The notes: generated by a model from the sequence alone, not told the origin. A stretch of 64,000 nt of DNA from Octopus bimaculoides (GCF_001194135.2 NC_068997.1:5334196-5398195), one strand, 5' to 3'. Shown: positions 26,288 to 40,470, numbered from the stretch's first letter. A program made the numbers and translations.

Positions 26288-26789
26288 GTTTCATGCTGGT
26301 GTGAGTTGGACAGTTTGACAGGAGCTGACTAGGCAGAAGACAGTCAACCTCCAATGTCTGCTTTGGCATGGGAGGCCGTTGAATGTGGAGAATGCATGGG
26401 AGATAGATAGAACCTACCTCATATAGACATAACAAAAAGACCAGCTATCCACGTTGACAGCAGTATGATAGATTAAGTGATAAGGGACAAGAAAGTAAGG
26501 AAAACTGTTAAGATGCTTAAAATATGTGAAGTAGCACAGTACAGGATAGTCACTTGAAGGATAAATCAAGTAATACTGGAAGATATCATATCCTATGACT
26601 GGCACTGCAGTATCATTGTAAACCACTACAAGGGCAAGAGATATACATTAGGGGATGAAATTGCAGAGGCATAAAGATCTCACAAGATTATTTGTATGAA
26701 TTTGCCTTCAAATATAGCTTCAAATATAGCTCTCCTTTGTTGAGCTGTGTCTTTTTCTAAATTCATACAAAAGGTCTCAAAAAAAAACT

Positions 26790-26979
26790 GATGCACTCTG
26801 AACAATGAGTCAGCTGAAAAGTTCATAGGCTGACCAAATACTCAATGAGGTTTTATTTTTTAACATAGTTCTCCTTGCAGTTCACATACTTTTTCCATTG
26901 GTGTTGCAGTGCTTGGATCCCTTTGGTGAAGAAGCTTTCATCCTGCTGGTTAAAAAGAGTCATCAACCACAGATATGAC
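26790..26979 (-). mobile_element. Mariner 3' end fragment
   Basis: Frameshifted VDD.F.QQDESFFTKGIQALQHQWKK...NYV, followed by a TIR-like GGTCAGCCTATGAACTTTTCAGCTGAC. Confidence 0.65.
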
Positions 26980-27138
26980 AGATTACTTGTGTTTGCAACT
27001 GATAAGGGCTTGATGAATTAGTGAATGTAAAACACTGGGCAGGTGATGGAACTTTTAAGTGTTCCCCAACTGTATTTTATCGGTTGTACATGCCTCATAT
27101 TCAAGTGGGTTCATTCAGTGTTCCATGATATACATATA
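26980..27138 (+). mobile_element. MULE/Mutator-type transposase fragment
   Basis: RLLVFATDKGL / DELVNVKHWAGDGTFKCSPTVFYRLYMPHIQVGSFSVP*Y matches the MULE DGTF...F.QLY.IH...P..Y region around the first catalytic D. Confidence 0.7.
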
Positions 27139-27140
27139 GG

Positions 27141-27349
27141 CAAGGGGGTGCTGAAGAGTTCCCGGCTGTGGGTAGAAAAAATGCCGGAGGACCAGTTAAT
27201 TATGATTTTAACATATTCCCCACTCAGATTCACACTTACTGCAGCAGTCCTTCAGGTTTTTAAAGCCCTGTAAAAGAACTCAGAAGGTTGGGGCTCCCAC
27301 CAGACCTTTTGTAATATCCTTAAAGCCAGGAACTTTTCAGCAACCCCTC
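27141..27349. mobile_element. Tc1/mariner-type MITE
   Basis: TIRs CAAGGGGGTGCTGAAGAGTTCCCGGCT and (reverse complement) TGAGGGGTTGCTGAAAAGTTCCTGGCT, with TA on the right flank. A second, truncated copy lies at about 44085-44265. Confidence 0.8.
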
Positions 27350-27984
27350 ATATATATACAGACAGACAGACAGATAGATAAATCGGTAGGTAGGTAGGTA
27401 GGTAGATGTAATTTTCTAAAAGTTTACTCGTAATTGACAGGTGGTATAAATGTAAATCCAGATTATGTCTGCTTACTCAATTGACACACATACATTTGGC
27501 TTTGTTACTAATCTCTGCCAGATTATGACCAATCAAGCTGTAACATAACTCAACATCAGAAATAAGGACCATCTGCTGCCCCCTAATCTCATGTATATAT
27601 CGTAGTTCTGTGTCTTTTGTAGCTATATATATATACCTTTTATCTTTTATCAGTTACTTGGACTGCAATCATGTTGGGGCACCACCTTGAAAGGTTTTAG
27701 TTAGACAAATTGCTCCTAGCACTTGTGATTTTTTTTTCAAGTCTGGTAGTTATTCTATCGGTCACTTTTGCTGAACTGCTAAGTTATGGGAATGTAAACA
27801 AACCAACACTAGTTGTGAAGCCAATAGCCAATAGGTGGGTATGAAACACAGATACATAGATACACACACAGTAACACATACACATATATATACATACATA
27901 TATATATACATAAATACATAAACACATATACACACACACACATACATATATACATGTTTGTATATATATATATATATTACACAT

Positions 27985-28080
27985 ACGTGGCATCTTGGGC
28001 GTCTTCTCCTATAGCCTCAGGCCGACCAAAGCCTTGTGAGTGGATTTGGTAGACGGAAACTGAAAGAAGCCTGTCGTATA
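27985..28080 (+). mobile_element. CORE-like SINE (family C) fragment
   Basis: TATAGCCTCAGGCCGACCAAAGCCTTGTGAGTGGATTTGGTAGACGGAAACTGAAAGAAGC. Other copies at about 8170-8330 (-), 14885-14970, 20640-20765 (-), 55960-56085 and 57945-58095. Confidence 0.7.
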
Positions 28081-29422
28081 TATGTATATATATATGTATG
28101 TGTGTATGTGTTTGTATGTCTGTGTTTGTCCCCCCAACATCGCTTGACAACTGATGCTGGTGTGTTTATGTTCCCATAACTTAGCGGTTCAGTAAAAAGA
28201 GACCGATAGAATAAGTAATATTGGGAAATAAATTCCAAAACTTACAGGGAAAAATTCAATTTAGCAATGCTAAATCAAATTTCTCAGTATAAAATATATG
28301 TATAAAATTTAGAGAAAAACCACTATTATNNNNNNNNNNNNNNNNNNNNNNNNNNNNNNNNNNNNNNNNNNNNNNNNNNNNNNNNNNNNNNNNNNNNNNN
28401 NNNNNNNNNNNNNNNNNNNNNNNNNNNNNNNNNNNNNNNNNNNNNNNNNNNNNNNNNNNNNNNNNNNNNNNNNNNNNNNNNNNNNNNNNNNNNNNNNNNN
28501 NNNNNNNNNNNNNNNNNNNNNNNNNNNNNNNNNNNNNNNNNNNNNNNNNNNNNNNNNNNNNNNNNNNNNNNNNNNNNNNNNNNNNNNNNNNNNNNNNNNN
28601 NNNNNNNNNNNNNNNNNNNNNNNNNNNNNNNNNNNNNNNNNNNNNNNNNNNNNNNNNNNNNNNNNNNNNNNNNNNNNNNNNNNNNNNNNNNNNNNNNNNN
28701 NNNNNNNNNNNNNNNNNNNNNNNNNNNNNNNNNNNNNNNNNNNNNNNNNNNNNNNNNNNNNNNNNNNNNNNNNNNNNNNNNNNNNNNNNNNNNNNNNNNN
28801 NNNNNNNNNNNNNNNNNNNNNNNNNNNNNNNNNNNNNNNNNNNNNNNNNNNNNNNNNNNNNNNNNNNNNNNNNNNNNNNNNNNNNNNNNNNNNNNNNNNN
28901 NNNNNNNNNNNNNNNNNNNNNNNNNNNNNNNNNNNNNNNNNNNNNNNNNNNNNNNNNNNNNNNNNNNNNNNNNNNNNNNNNNNNNNNNNNNNNNNNNNNN
29001 NNNNNNNNNNNNNNNNNNNNNNNNNNNNNNNNNNNNNNNNNNNNNNNNNNNNNNNNNNNNNNNNNNNNNNNNNNNNNNNNNNNNNNNNNNNNNNNNNNNN
29101 NNNNNNNNNNNNNNNNNNNNNNNNNNNNNNNNNNNNNNNNNNNNNNNNNNNNNNNNNNNNNNNNNNNNNNNNNNNNNNNNNNNNNNNNNNNNNNNNNNNN
29201 NNNNNNNNNNNNNNNNNNNNNNNNNNNNNNNNNNNNNNNNNNNNNNNNNNNNNNNNNNNNNNNNNNNNNNNNNNNNNNNNNNNNNNNNNNNNNNNNNNNN
29301 NNNNNNNNNNNNGCTAGAGGCGATGGCTTCTTGGAGCTAATTCACGGCAGCTTTCGTCCTAATTTTGGGACTGCCATGTTGGCTTGGCGATAACTATATA
29401 TATATATATATATATATATTTA

Positions 29423-29757
29423 GTGAAGGCACATGGCTCAGTGGTTAGAGCATCGAACTTATGACTGTGAGGTTGTGAATTTGAATCCCGGACTGGGCTG
29501 CGTGTTGTGTTCTTGAGCAAGACACTTTATTTCACGTTGCTCCTGTTCACTCAGCTGTGGAAATGAGTTGTGACATCACAGGTGCCAAACTGTATCGGCC
29601 TTTGCCTTTCCCTTGGATAACACTGGTGGCGTGGAGAGGGGAGGCTGGTATGCATGGGTGACTGCTGGTCTTCCATAAACAATGTTGCCTGGACTTGTGC
29701 CTCAGGGGGTAACTTTCTAGGTGCAGTCCCATGGTCATTCGTGACCAAAGGGGGTCT
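29423..29757 (+). mobile_element. Full-length tRNA-derived SINE (family B)
   Basis: A-box-like TGGCTCAGTGG, B-box-like TTTGAATCCC, then GTGTTGTGTTCTTGAGCAAGACACTT (a CORE/V/Meta-type central block). Confidence 0.75.
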
Positions 29758-31861
29758 CTGACTTCAAAATATATATTTGAGGAAATGTAATGATAAGCAA
29801 GTTAGGCAAGTCAATATACAAAAAATATTACATACATCTAATACTAAAAATGTACATAGGTTTACATATAAAAAGGTTACACAGAATAGAAATGATATCA
29901 GGAAGTAAAGGGGTTGAATAGATGTTTTATGGACTTGTAAAACTCTTATTTAACTCCTTTAATTTCTGATATCATTTCTATTCTGTGTAAGTCGGACCTT
30001 TTTATATGTAAACATACATAAACACTTTTTTGTAACAAATATATTTAATATTTTTTGTATATTGACTTGCTTATCCTTACATTCCACCACCCACCTGCTC
30101 AGGTTAAATCTCTTGAGCACTGCAAAGTGTATTCTATTCAGAGAATATATATCTTGCATCTATCTATCTGTCTATCTATATATATATAGATAAGAAAATG
30201 AGATGACAAAGGAATAAACAATTATCTTATGAACTTCATTAGCTTATAGTTGTTTCTGCTATAAAATGCAGTGGACTCAGTTGAGTGCCTGAGAAGTACC
30301 TTATGAGTCTCAAATACTAAGTGCAATTTATTTGGGAAAGGAATTATGTATATTTATAATGGGAGAAAGAACTGTGGTTTGGTGAGTTCCTGGGTAGTGG
30401 ATAGAGGGATGGCCTTCAGATATTAGAAGTAAGCTGTCCTGGCCCAAACATAAGTTGCCCTTTGGTAAGGCATGACAACTAACAGCCACCTGACTTAGGA
30501 TTACAAGTGAAGCCATGAGAAGCAGTGTGGTGGTTATACAGTTTCAGCAAAAATGTTTTGATCAACAGATGTGAAATCAACAACCAGGATCATTAACTCA
30601 CCCAAGTATATTACTGTTAACATCTACAGATTTAGCAACCATAAATGTTATTAAAGCTTGTGAAATATGTGAATGGCTAACACTAAAGTAAATAAAATAA
30701 TTTTCTAAAATATTACTTGTTACAGTAATTATTGTTTTTATATTTAAAACTATGGTTTTCTTGGCCAGAAACCCAAAGCAAAGTATAAAGTAACATAACA
30801 ACAGCATTTAGGATTGCATGTGTCTATTTATGCATGTTTAATTTGTTTTGTTTTAATCAGATTAGGTTTAAAAGCTTCAACTTTCAGGTAACACAATTAG
30901 CAGGTGTTGCTTTTTTTATATTTTCTATTTTTGAAAGCTGATTAACTTATTAAATGGAATCACACAGGGTGTATAATGAGAATAGGACATTGGCCTTTCA
31001 GCTGATGAAGAGGGTGTTTAGGAGCTATATAATGTATGTGTACTTATATATCATAGGTGCAGCAAGGCCAAGTAGTTAAGAAATTTGCTTTACAATCACC
31101 AGGTCACAGGTTCAGTTTCACTGCACATCTTAGGCAAATGGTCTTTTACTATATATAGCGAAATCATGATGGCACCTGTACCAGTGGAGCACTAAGAGCA
31201 CCATCCAAGCGTGATTGTTGCCAGAGCAGCTGTCTGGCTTCCATGCTGGTGGCACGTAAATAGCACTAGCGTGATCGTTATCAATGTCGCCTTCCTGGCA
31301 TGTGAAAAGACAGTCGAGCGAGATCGTTACCAGTGCTAATGGACTGGCTCCTGTGCAGGTGACACGTAATACACCATTTCAAGCATTAGATATTTTCCCC
31401 CACTCTCCTTTCCCATTTCCCCTATCTTTTGTTTCCTCATACATTCTTGCAAACCCCATCTACTCCTACTCCTGGTTTCACTGTTCCCACTCACTTCCAC
31501 TCACCACATACATTGAGGAACCACCAAAACACTGCATCACCACCCATTATGCTTTTGCAGCTACTACTAACACATTCTCAATCCCTCTCCTAAATGTGTG
31601 TGTAGCCATGTAGCTCCTCTACAAGAACTTGCTCTGTCCAACCCACAACTCCTTGGGTTTCGTTGTCTTGTGAGCTGCATGGTAACCTCACTAGCACTGG
31701 TGGCATGAAACATAGCATCCAGTACATGCTGCAAAGTGGTTGGAATTAGGAAGCACATCGAGCCTTAGCAACCATGCCAAAGCAGACATTGGAGCATGAT
31801 GCAGTCCTTGGATCCATCAGACCCTATTAAACCATTCAGCCTATGGCAACAATGATAATTA

Positions 31862-32070
31862 TTTCAAATTTCGGCACAAGGTTAGCAAGTTTGGGTAAGT
31901 GGGTAAGTTGATTACATCAACCCAGTACTCAGCTGGTGCATATTTTATCAACCCTGAAAGGATGAAAAGCAGTCGACTTCAGCAGAATTTGAACTCAGAA
32001 CATGAGGATAGATGAAATACCACTAAGTATTTCGCCCAGTGTGCTAACGATTCTGCCAGCTTGCCGATGA
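31862..32070 (-). mobile_element. SINE family A copy
   Basis: Reverse complement of the family A consensus. Confidence 0.75.
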
Positions 32071-33479
32071 TGATAATGATGATGCTTTTATATATGTATT
32101 GATTCCAAACATCAGTACAAGGTCTCAAATATGTAGGAAAAGTTTAACCACATTTTATTTTATTGCCCCCACAAAAATGAAAGGTAAAATTGACCTGAGA
32201 AGAATTTGAACTCAGAAAATAGGGGTCCATAACTAAATACTGCAAAAACATTTGTGTGATACTTCTTGTATTTTGTCAACATCCACGAGTTTCTATGGAG
32301 TGGTGTAGCAGGCCAGATCCAAAGAGATTACAAACCCTATAGCCAATCCACTTCTAAAAAAGGGTGCTGTGTGTACCCTCACTTACGTCACAGAATAGGC
32401 AATTCTGAGAGTGAGAGAAGGATTGTAACCAATATATGATTTGTATTTTATTTGTTGAGCCTTGAACAGATGAAAAACAATGTCAATGGGATTCAAACTC
32501 AGAATACAAACTACCAGCGTCTTCGTTCTAAGTCTTGCGTTCAATGCCAAGTGACTCTTTTACATGTCAGTTTTTTTGATATGGTGGTGGTGGGTCTCCA
32601 TTGTTCATAAGGCAGAATCAGTCGATCAACTGAATTATCTGTTTCTGAATTAATATGTAAGTGGCTGGATATTCCAGACATGTGTACCCTTAATAATCTC
32701 TCGGACATAATCAGAAATGTGAACAAGGCTTTATCTTTTTAATAACAGATACAATCCACCTCACAGGACTTTGCAACAGTTTCTACCTAATTTCATTCAC
32801 AAGACATGAATTGATCTGAGACCATAGAAAATAACTTTTTAACCATTTGGCCAGACTACATCTCCATTTATTAACATAAATGTAAAATAAGAACGTAAAT
32901 AAAACATATACCCCGATCATACTGGGATGGATACCTTACAGTATTCGTTGCAACTCTTGGCACTTTGGGTTTAAGTTTGCCTTTCATCCTTCTGCAGCAG
33001 ATAAATAAACAACCAGCTACTAGAGTTCCTTCTTTATTTCTTCTCTCTTGGAATTGGTTACAAGTTAGTGAAGTAGTGGTACCATTCATGTATATTTACA
33101 CACCAAAAATCTGATTCTACTGGATGAAACCTTTGGTTGACTCCATGGAAGCTGGCAACAGCTCTGGATGTCCTTTATTAATCTCATATATGATACCAAC
33201 CCACCTGAGGCTACCTCTGGTTCTATATAACCAAACTTTTAAAATATTTATATTTCAAATTAAAACTATTATATTCTGTTTGGAAATTTTTAAGTTATAC
33301 TCCAAATACCAGCTTAATAAACATAAAAGTTATTTATTCTATTAAATTCCTCCAAATTCTTAATTACTTTTAAATATAATTGAAACAAACTGTGTATTTC
33401 AATGGAAACAAGAGATGTAATCCATGAGCTGCTTTAACACTACCTCCTGGTACATTGGGTATCATTAGTGGTGTGCATT

Positions 33480-33710
33480 CTGTTGTCACCCAGGTTAACA
33501 AAAAAACCATAGTCCTTGGCTACCTTTAATAGAATCCACCCAGTTGTCACCAAGTTTCACACCATCCCCTTGTACCCTGAGTACTTTTAGCGGATTCCAC
33601 TCTGTTGCAAGTATTTGGGCCAGATTTCCAATTTGAGGGTACCGTTCCCCTTCCCTTGCACTGGTCTCAGAGGTTCTGTCAAGGATCACGAGGATTGTCT
33701 TCCTCCCTGA
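33480..33710 (-). mobile_element. Second copy of the 48480-48680 interspersed repeat
   Basis: Direct nucleotide similarity to 48480-48600. Confidence 0.55.
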
Positions 33711-33854
33711 CTAAAAAAATTAATAAAAAATTGAGATGAATTTAACTAATAATAATATCGAGTGACCCTATACAGATTTGATTGCGGCAGCTCATGTCAA
33801 AATTGAGGGTAAGTTAGCAGGGACAAAGTTAAATGACATGTAAATATTGATCTC

Positions 33855-34030
33855 AAATTTTGGCATAAGACCAGCAAGTTCGGAGGAAAGGATAAGTTGA
33901 TTATATTGACCTGAATGTTTAACTGATACTTATTTTATTGACCCTGAAAGGAAGAAAGGCAAAGTTGACCTTGGAGGAATTTGAACTCAGAGTGTGAAAA
34001 TGGATGAAATGCTAAGCATTTTGCCCGGCT
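33855..34030 (-). mobile_element. SINE family A copy
   Basis: Reverse complement of the family A consensus. Confidence 0.7.
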
Positions 34031-34400
34031 GACACATGTAGATATTAGAACCTTGATAGCTCCAGTAAAATTTATTGGGGAAAATTTAGTCATTACATTG
34101 AGAAGATCAAGTGATTATCATAAAACTCCATATATATAATATGCAAATGCACACTCACCCTTACCAAAAGAATCAAGACTTTTTTTGACAGGATCCATCA
34201 AGCTAAGGGACTACATTCTGCTTTAATGTTTACTTTGGCATGGTTTCTATGGCTAGATGCCTTTCCTAATGTAAAACACCATAGTACATAGTGGGTGCTT
34301 TTTTTTTTTTGTGGCACCAGCACTAGTGAGGTTGCTATGGAAGCTTGCAAGACTCTCCTTCGAAAGAACGTGGCTGCAGTAGTGAGGGAGAGAGTTTCAA

Positions 34401-34576
34401 CTCTTTAGCATTCAAACTGGCCAGATCTGATCTCTCACACCTACCCTACAATATCATTCTAAAAATAAACAATAACATAATTGAAATCTCAAAGGCATGA
34501 GATAATGCATGATTAATTCAAAACAATGTGAATACATAAGCATTACATTTGACAGAATATTCTGAATGCTAAAGGG
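34401..34576. mobile_element. piggyBac-type MITE
   Basis: TIRs CTCTTTAGCATTCAAA and (reverse complement) CCCTTTAGCATTCAGA, with TCAA/TTAA flanks. Confidence 0.7.
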
Positions 34577-36334
34577 TTAATGATTAAAATTGGTGTATAT
34601 AATGTAATAGCTTATTCTTTTACATTATTTTTTAGTAAATATAAATTTATTTTACACAAAATGATGCATTATAAACTAATAAATAGGATTATAGATTAGC
34701 CATGCTTGTTGCATTGTGCAATATGATGTATGAGTGTTTTAATCATTTAGACCCCAAAATCTAGATTTGTATATAATGGCCAACCTTGTTGGCCTACTTA
34801 ATGATTATATATATATCTTACCATAATGGTTTGCTTGGTGATTATGAAGAAGGTTTAATCTGGATGACTCTCTTGTAAAAATGAAAGTTTAGTTCCATGT
34901 CAGCCCTGGTCAAACAGATTTATAATCAAAAGATTTCTAGCTGCAACTATTTTATATAATTCATCCCTCCATTTTTTAAAAGCAATAGAGCGTGATTTGA
35001 TTGCTAGTTCTAGTAGTTTGGGCATAGGTTGGTACTAGAAAGGAAAACAGTAAAATACACATTTCAACAATATCTAGAAAAAAAAAAAAAAAAAAAAAAA
35101 AAAAACCAAATATTTAAAACTTAGGTTTTTAAAATTTGAAGAATAAATGCTGCTTTTCTTCACTTAACCTATTTGACATAAGAGCATTCCTCATCTTACT
35201 ACCATTCTGATATCACAACAATCGGTCTGATATAACAACTCTTTCTGCTGTTGTGATGTCTCAACCAACAGTCTTGCATAATACACCTCTTATGGCCATA
35301 TCACATCACATATTACTGCTGGTGTGATGTCTCAGCCAACAGTCTTGTCTAATACGTATCTTATATCAACATGATGTAACAGCTATCTTAATGCCAGTAT
35401 GATGTTACAAAAGTCTTGCATAATATACATATTACTAAAAAAATAGATATGAGATAAGCTCTTATCAATATCACCATCATTTAACATCAGTGTTCCATGC
35501 TGGCATAGGTCTAAGAACTGCATCATGCTCCAGTGTCTGCTATGGCATGATCTCCATGACTGAATGCCTTTCTTCATGCCAACCACTTCACAGTATGTAC
35601 CTGGTGCTTTTTTTTTTTTTGTTTTTTTTTTGTGCTACTAGTACTAGTAAGGTTGCTGTGCAACTTGCAAGACTACAAGCTCAAGTGGAGGGCTTTATGA
35701 GAGGAGGGTTAAGATATGTGAGAAGGAAGTGGGGCAGTGAAGGTTTTTGTTATGGAAGAGCTAAATAGCTAAAGAGATAATTATGTTTATTCTAATTATA
35801 TAAAGCACTTTGAAAAGAAAAAAAAAACAATGATTAGTTTATTTATTTATATAAATTTATTACTTTCTTTTGAAAAGAAAAAAATGTACTTTTAGATTTC
35901 AAACAAAATTGTAAATCAAAATAGAATTTGTACATTATCGCAATTTTAATTAATGTTTTAAAAAAATTATTTATTTACGATTTATTGAAATATATAACTT
36001 AGAATTTATAGAAGAAAAAAAAACAAACAAAAAAAAAACAAATCATTGTCTTTTAGTCACTACAAATGACTGTTTCTGACCATACTGGAGTATTACCACA
36101 CTAAAACAACTATTTGGTAAAAATGCAGTCATATTGACTTCCTTTAAGGCTATAAATTATCAGTAATTTGGATAATTAAAAACATTTCCTAGTTTGCTAG
36201 ACATGCATCTCTGAAAGAGTTGTAAAGGTGTTTGGTTAGATTAAAATGGTGAAGCAGTGATGCTTCATGATTTTTCCAAAGCTATCAGATTTGTGCTTTT
36301 GGTCCAATATCAAAAGAATTCTACAACAGATTAA

Positions 36335-36770
36335 CCCTTTTGTTATCATATTTCTGTTGAAATACATTGCCTTTGTTTCAATTTAGAAAATAATTAAGAA
36401 TTTAATAAAATAACCTTTTCATTATTAATAGTTTTGTTTTGATATTTCCGTTGAAATACACTGCTTTTGTTTTAATTAATTTTGAATAGTGTCCGCAACA
36501 TAAATTAACATGAAATTTTGATCACTTTAAAACAAAAAGCTCAGACCAGAGAACCAGGGATGGCCTCAACCAGGTTGGTATCAAATTGAATAGCAAACCG
36601 AATAAACAAACTGTGTTCATTTTAATTAATTATGAAAATTAGGAAGGATTTAGTAAAATAACTTGTTCATTAAGAACAGAAATTAACACAGAATTTTGAT
36701 GGGATCTTTTAATTTAGATTACTTTAAATCAGAAAATTTGTATCCATAATCAGGGCTGGTCTCAAAGGGG
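36335..36770. mobile_element. piggyBac-type MITE with internal duplications
   Basis: TTAA|CCC ... GGG|TTAA ends. The CATATTTCTGTTGAAATAC block is repeated internally and shared with the 58529 element. Confidence 0.65.
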
Positions 36771-39591
36771 TTAATTAAATGGACATATAGAGCCAAGGTG
36801 CCACAGCCCACATCAGCCATATCACCTCTTTGAAATCCACTCCTATCACACCCTCTTTGGTCCCGCCCTTATTGGTATCTTGACCAACTACATAAGCAAC
36901 AGATTGCCTCCACCCCACTCCCCCAGTACAAGATTTTCATTATTTCTTATTTGCACCTAGATTAGTAAAACAGTCAATTCAACTGTGACATTATTTGAAC
37001 CTAAGAAACCAAAGAGACTTGACTAATCCAGGTGCTCTTGTTTGTCACTTGACCATTCTACAACTGTACAGTTTCCCACACAAACACACACGCACTTAAA
37101 AAGGCAAGTGTAAAATGAAGATACATTTGTGAATGTAAGAAAACCATTCAGTCACATGACCTCAAGATTCACAGCATTGAGGTAGATTAGTGTCATTACT
37201 CTGATGAACAAATAGACAGTGAAACTGGCAGTAGTAATGCGATCAATATTTAATCAAATACTTTGAATAAAATTATTAGACTCTACATCTTTGGATTGAG
37301 TTCTCTCTTGTTAAAAATTGTTTCACTTCATATATACACACATACATAAACATTACCTTATACATATACAAATAAATTTAAATATATTACTGCATACATT
37401 TATGCATATTACCCCATACATACATGCATACACATTACCCCAAACATGGTCATCCACTACACTTCTCTTGCAATATGCATTCTTTCAGACAAAGATGGAC
37501 AGTGTCCTCTTATTTCTTGCATTTCAGTTAAAAGTATATTTTTTCTCTTCCTATAATTTAATATCCATGCTGGAATAGGTAAGACAGTTTGCCAGAATTT
37601 AAAGACTGCAGAATGCTCTTCTTAATATCAACCACTTTACAGAGTGTACTGGGTGCTTTTTTCCTGCCACCAGCATTAGTAAAGTTGCCTTGCAGGCTTG
37701 TGGAACTATGACCTGTGAGGAGGGGGCAGTAGTTGCCTTCATGCTAGGAGATGGGGGATAGTTTAAAGCTTGAGAGAAGTGGGGAAGCAGAGCAGGTTCT
37801 TGTAGAGAAGTTATGTGGCTAATTAGTAGGAGCTGCAAACATATTATATGTATATATATAAAACACAGCCAGTTTATCAAAATTTATTTTTAAAAAATCC
37901 TAAAACAAATGATTGGATTGTGTTGCTTGAATCAATAAATAATCAAATTATAGCAAATATTAGAATACTCTCTTATGAAGATGTTGCAAAACAACTGGTT
38001 AAAGTTTAATTCATCTTGAGATTCTTCAGATTTCTTTAAAAAATTCAGTGAATTATTTCAAAAATACACTGATATTTTCAATTAATTATTTACACTCACC
38101 CATAATGAATCATTTGAATGGGTTGTTATTTCTAAAAAAATTTCTACATAATTTTTTGGAACAGCTGTCTTCATACAGTAGAAATACTGACAGCACTTAC
38201 CCATGTCTGACTACAGATTTTAAACTTGCTGCATTAAAAACCATAAAAGGGTTTTAAAATAAACACCACCAGTTTTCAAACATGACCTCCTCCCACAAAC
38301 AATTAGGTAACATTTAATTAAAACTATTTTAATAAACAATAACAATATAAACTTTTAGCTTTAATCTATTTCCTGTTGTTTTTCTCAATATTTTGAATAA
38401 TTTCATTGTAATTAAAACAACTGGCACTTTGATCAATTGGGTTTTGTTTACTGAATGTCATGGCATAAAAGATGCATAGGCATATTAAGTGCAGTCCAAT
38501 TTCTGGATTAAAATTGGGGTATAGTAGTGATCGTTAGGGACAAAATTAGCTTATGAGTAGTCCCACTTTGCATGTAGGACATAGGATGATATTTTTGAAT
38601 TATATTTTTTTTGGAAAACATTGTCATATATGTCATCAAATACAGTAACTGTTTTCAAACGAAATGTGTGTGTGTCCACTAGCAGAACAATTCCGAGATT
38701 AGACAAATGTCTTGTAACTGTTTTGCCCTAAGAAGTCTGGTTTCATATCCCACTGATGTCAAGCTGGCCTTTCATTCTTCTGAGGTCAAGTCAATGAAAT
38801 ACAACTTTACTGAAACTCATCAATTCCTCTCATGTTGATGCCTGCCTAGTTACTGTCATACAAAGAGAGAATGATAGCTGGCCCCAGGTAAAGGTGGAAG
38901 TCTTGGGGTGGAGGCTAGCAAACTCTTTTCATAAAAAAAAACCAAAAAAACTTGCCACTGAAATTATCCAAAAATCACCATTGTATGCTAGAGACAGACA
39001 TGGTAGGCATGAATAGACTATATATATATATATATAAATATATATATGAGTTTGAATCAGCTTCTATTTGGAATTATTGCTCTCCTAAATGGCTCAAGGA
39101 CCAGGTTTCATTTTTAGCTTGGTTTCTTGGGATGGATGCCCTTTTTATCACTAACCCTTTTAAAGGGTACTGAATACATTTTATCATGGCACCAGTACTA
39201 GAGTGATTATAATGATTATAAAGATCATCTCGATCTTACACTGTCTCAACACATTTGCCAGTCATTTAAACAGCACGTACTGAATGATTTAATTGTAGCA
39301 CCAGCACTATTGAGGTTACCCTGTATCCCAGGAAACTAAAGAGTCCTCACTGCTTTAATTTGTTTGTTCACAAAATGCAATGTAACCAAGAAAGTGCGAA
39401 TGTTTATGTGTGTATTTATTTAGCTTTAACCTATTTTTTAATCCCTTTTTTCTTCTTTTTTATATGTAATTCATAAACAGAGCCTGAAAAATTGCTTTAA
39501 GATACATGGTGTATTTTATAAATATGCCTGGTCAAGTATCATAATAGCATGAAACTATTAGTAGCTCTTTCAGCTGCGTATTTAATTTGAG

Positions 39592-39624
<33 letters not shown>

Positions 39625-39730
39625 AATTAGATTGGAGCCTGGTGTTGCCATCCGGTTTCACCAGTCCTCAGTCAAATCGTCCAACCCATGCTAGCATGGA
39701 AAGCGGACGTTAAACGATGATGATGATGAT
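39625..39730 (+). mobile_element. Young RTE 3'-terminal copy with (GAT)n tail
   Basis: Near-identical to the copies at 49380-49480 and 62640-62740. Confidence 0.8.
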
Positions 39731-40269
39731 ATATATATATATATACATACATACGCGCCACAGCACACTATAAAGTGGTTGGCATTAAAAAGGGCATCCA
39801 GCCATAGAAATCAGGTCAAAGCAGACATTGGAGCACAGTACAGTCTTCCAACTTGTCGGATGCTGTGAAACCATACAACTCATCCTAGCATAGCAGACAG
39901 ACATATAATGATGATGATGATGACATACATATGTCATGTCTTGAAATATGTTAAAACAGCAGCAGTAATAAGTGTGAATTTATGGCCCTGGAAAGATCTA
40001 GCAGAATAATAGCTTGATAACATTTGTTTCAGTTTGACTCTTTAATTACAAGACATAAGTTTTCATGTAAGTGAATTCTAACAAAATCACAATGTTCCAA
40101 TCAAAGCAATCCCAGTATTTCACTGGTACTTAGTCATCCACAATATTTTACTGGTGTTTATTTTAGCAAACCCAGAAGGCTGAAAGTCTAAGTCAATCCA
40201 GGCAAGATATGATATCACAAAGTCATGGACTTAACTGAATACTACAATAATAATAGTAATCCTTTCTGT

Positions 40270-40470
40270 AATAGGAAGAAGGCCTGAAATTTCTGGGTAG
40301 AGGACTAATCGATTACATTAACCCCAGTGCACAACTGGCCCTTATTTTATTGATTCTGAAAGGAAAAATAGCAAAGTTGATCTCAGTGGAATTTGAACTC
40401 AGAACATAAACGTAGAAGAAAAGCCACTAAGCATTTTGTCAAGTGTGCTAACAATTCTGCCAGCTCGCTG
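40270..40470 (-). mobile_element. SINE family A copy
   Basis: Reverse complement of the family A consensus. Confidence 0.7.

Noticed and set aside
29423-29490. tRNA-like A/B boxes
   Set aside because: No complete cloverleaf; it continues into a SINE body, as do the other tRNA-like heads.
33495-33710. Stop-free 71-codon frame behind a strong acceptor (tttttttag|TCAGGG), a possible terminal exon
   Set aside because: Its core is homologous to 48480-48600 inside an HGS intron, so it is an interspersed LINE-derived repeat.
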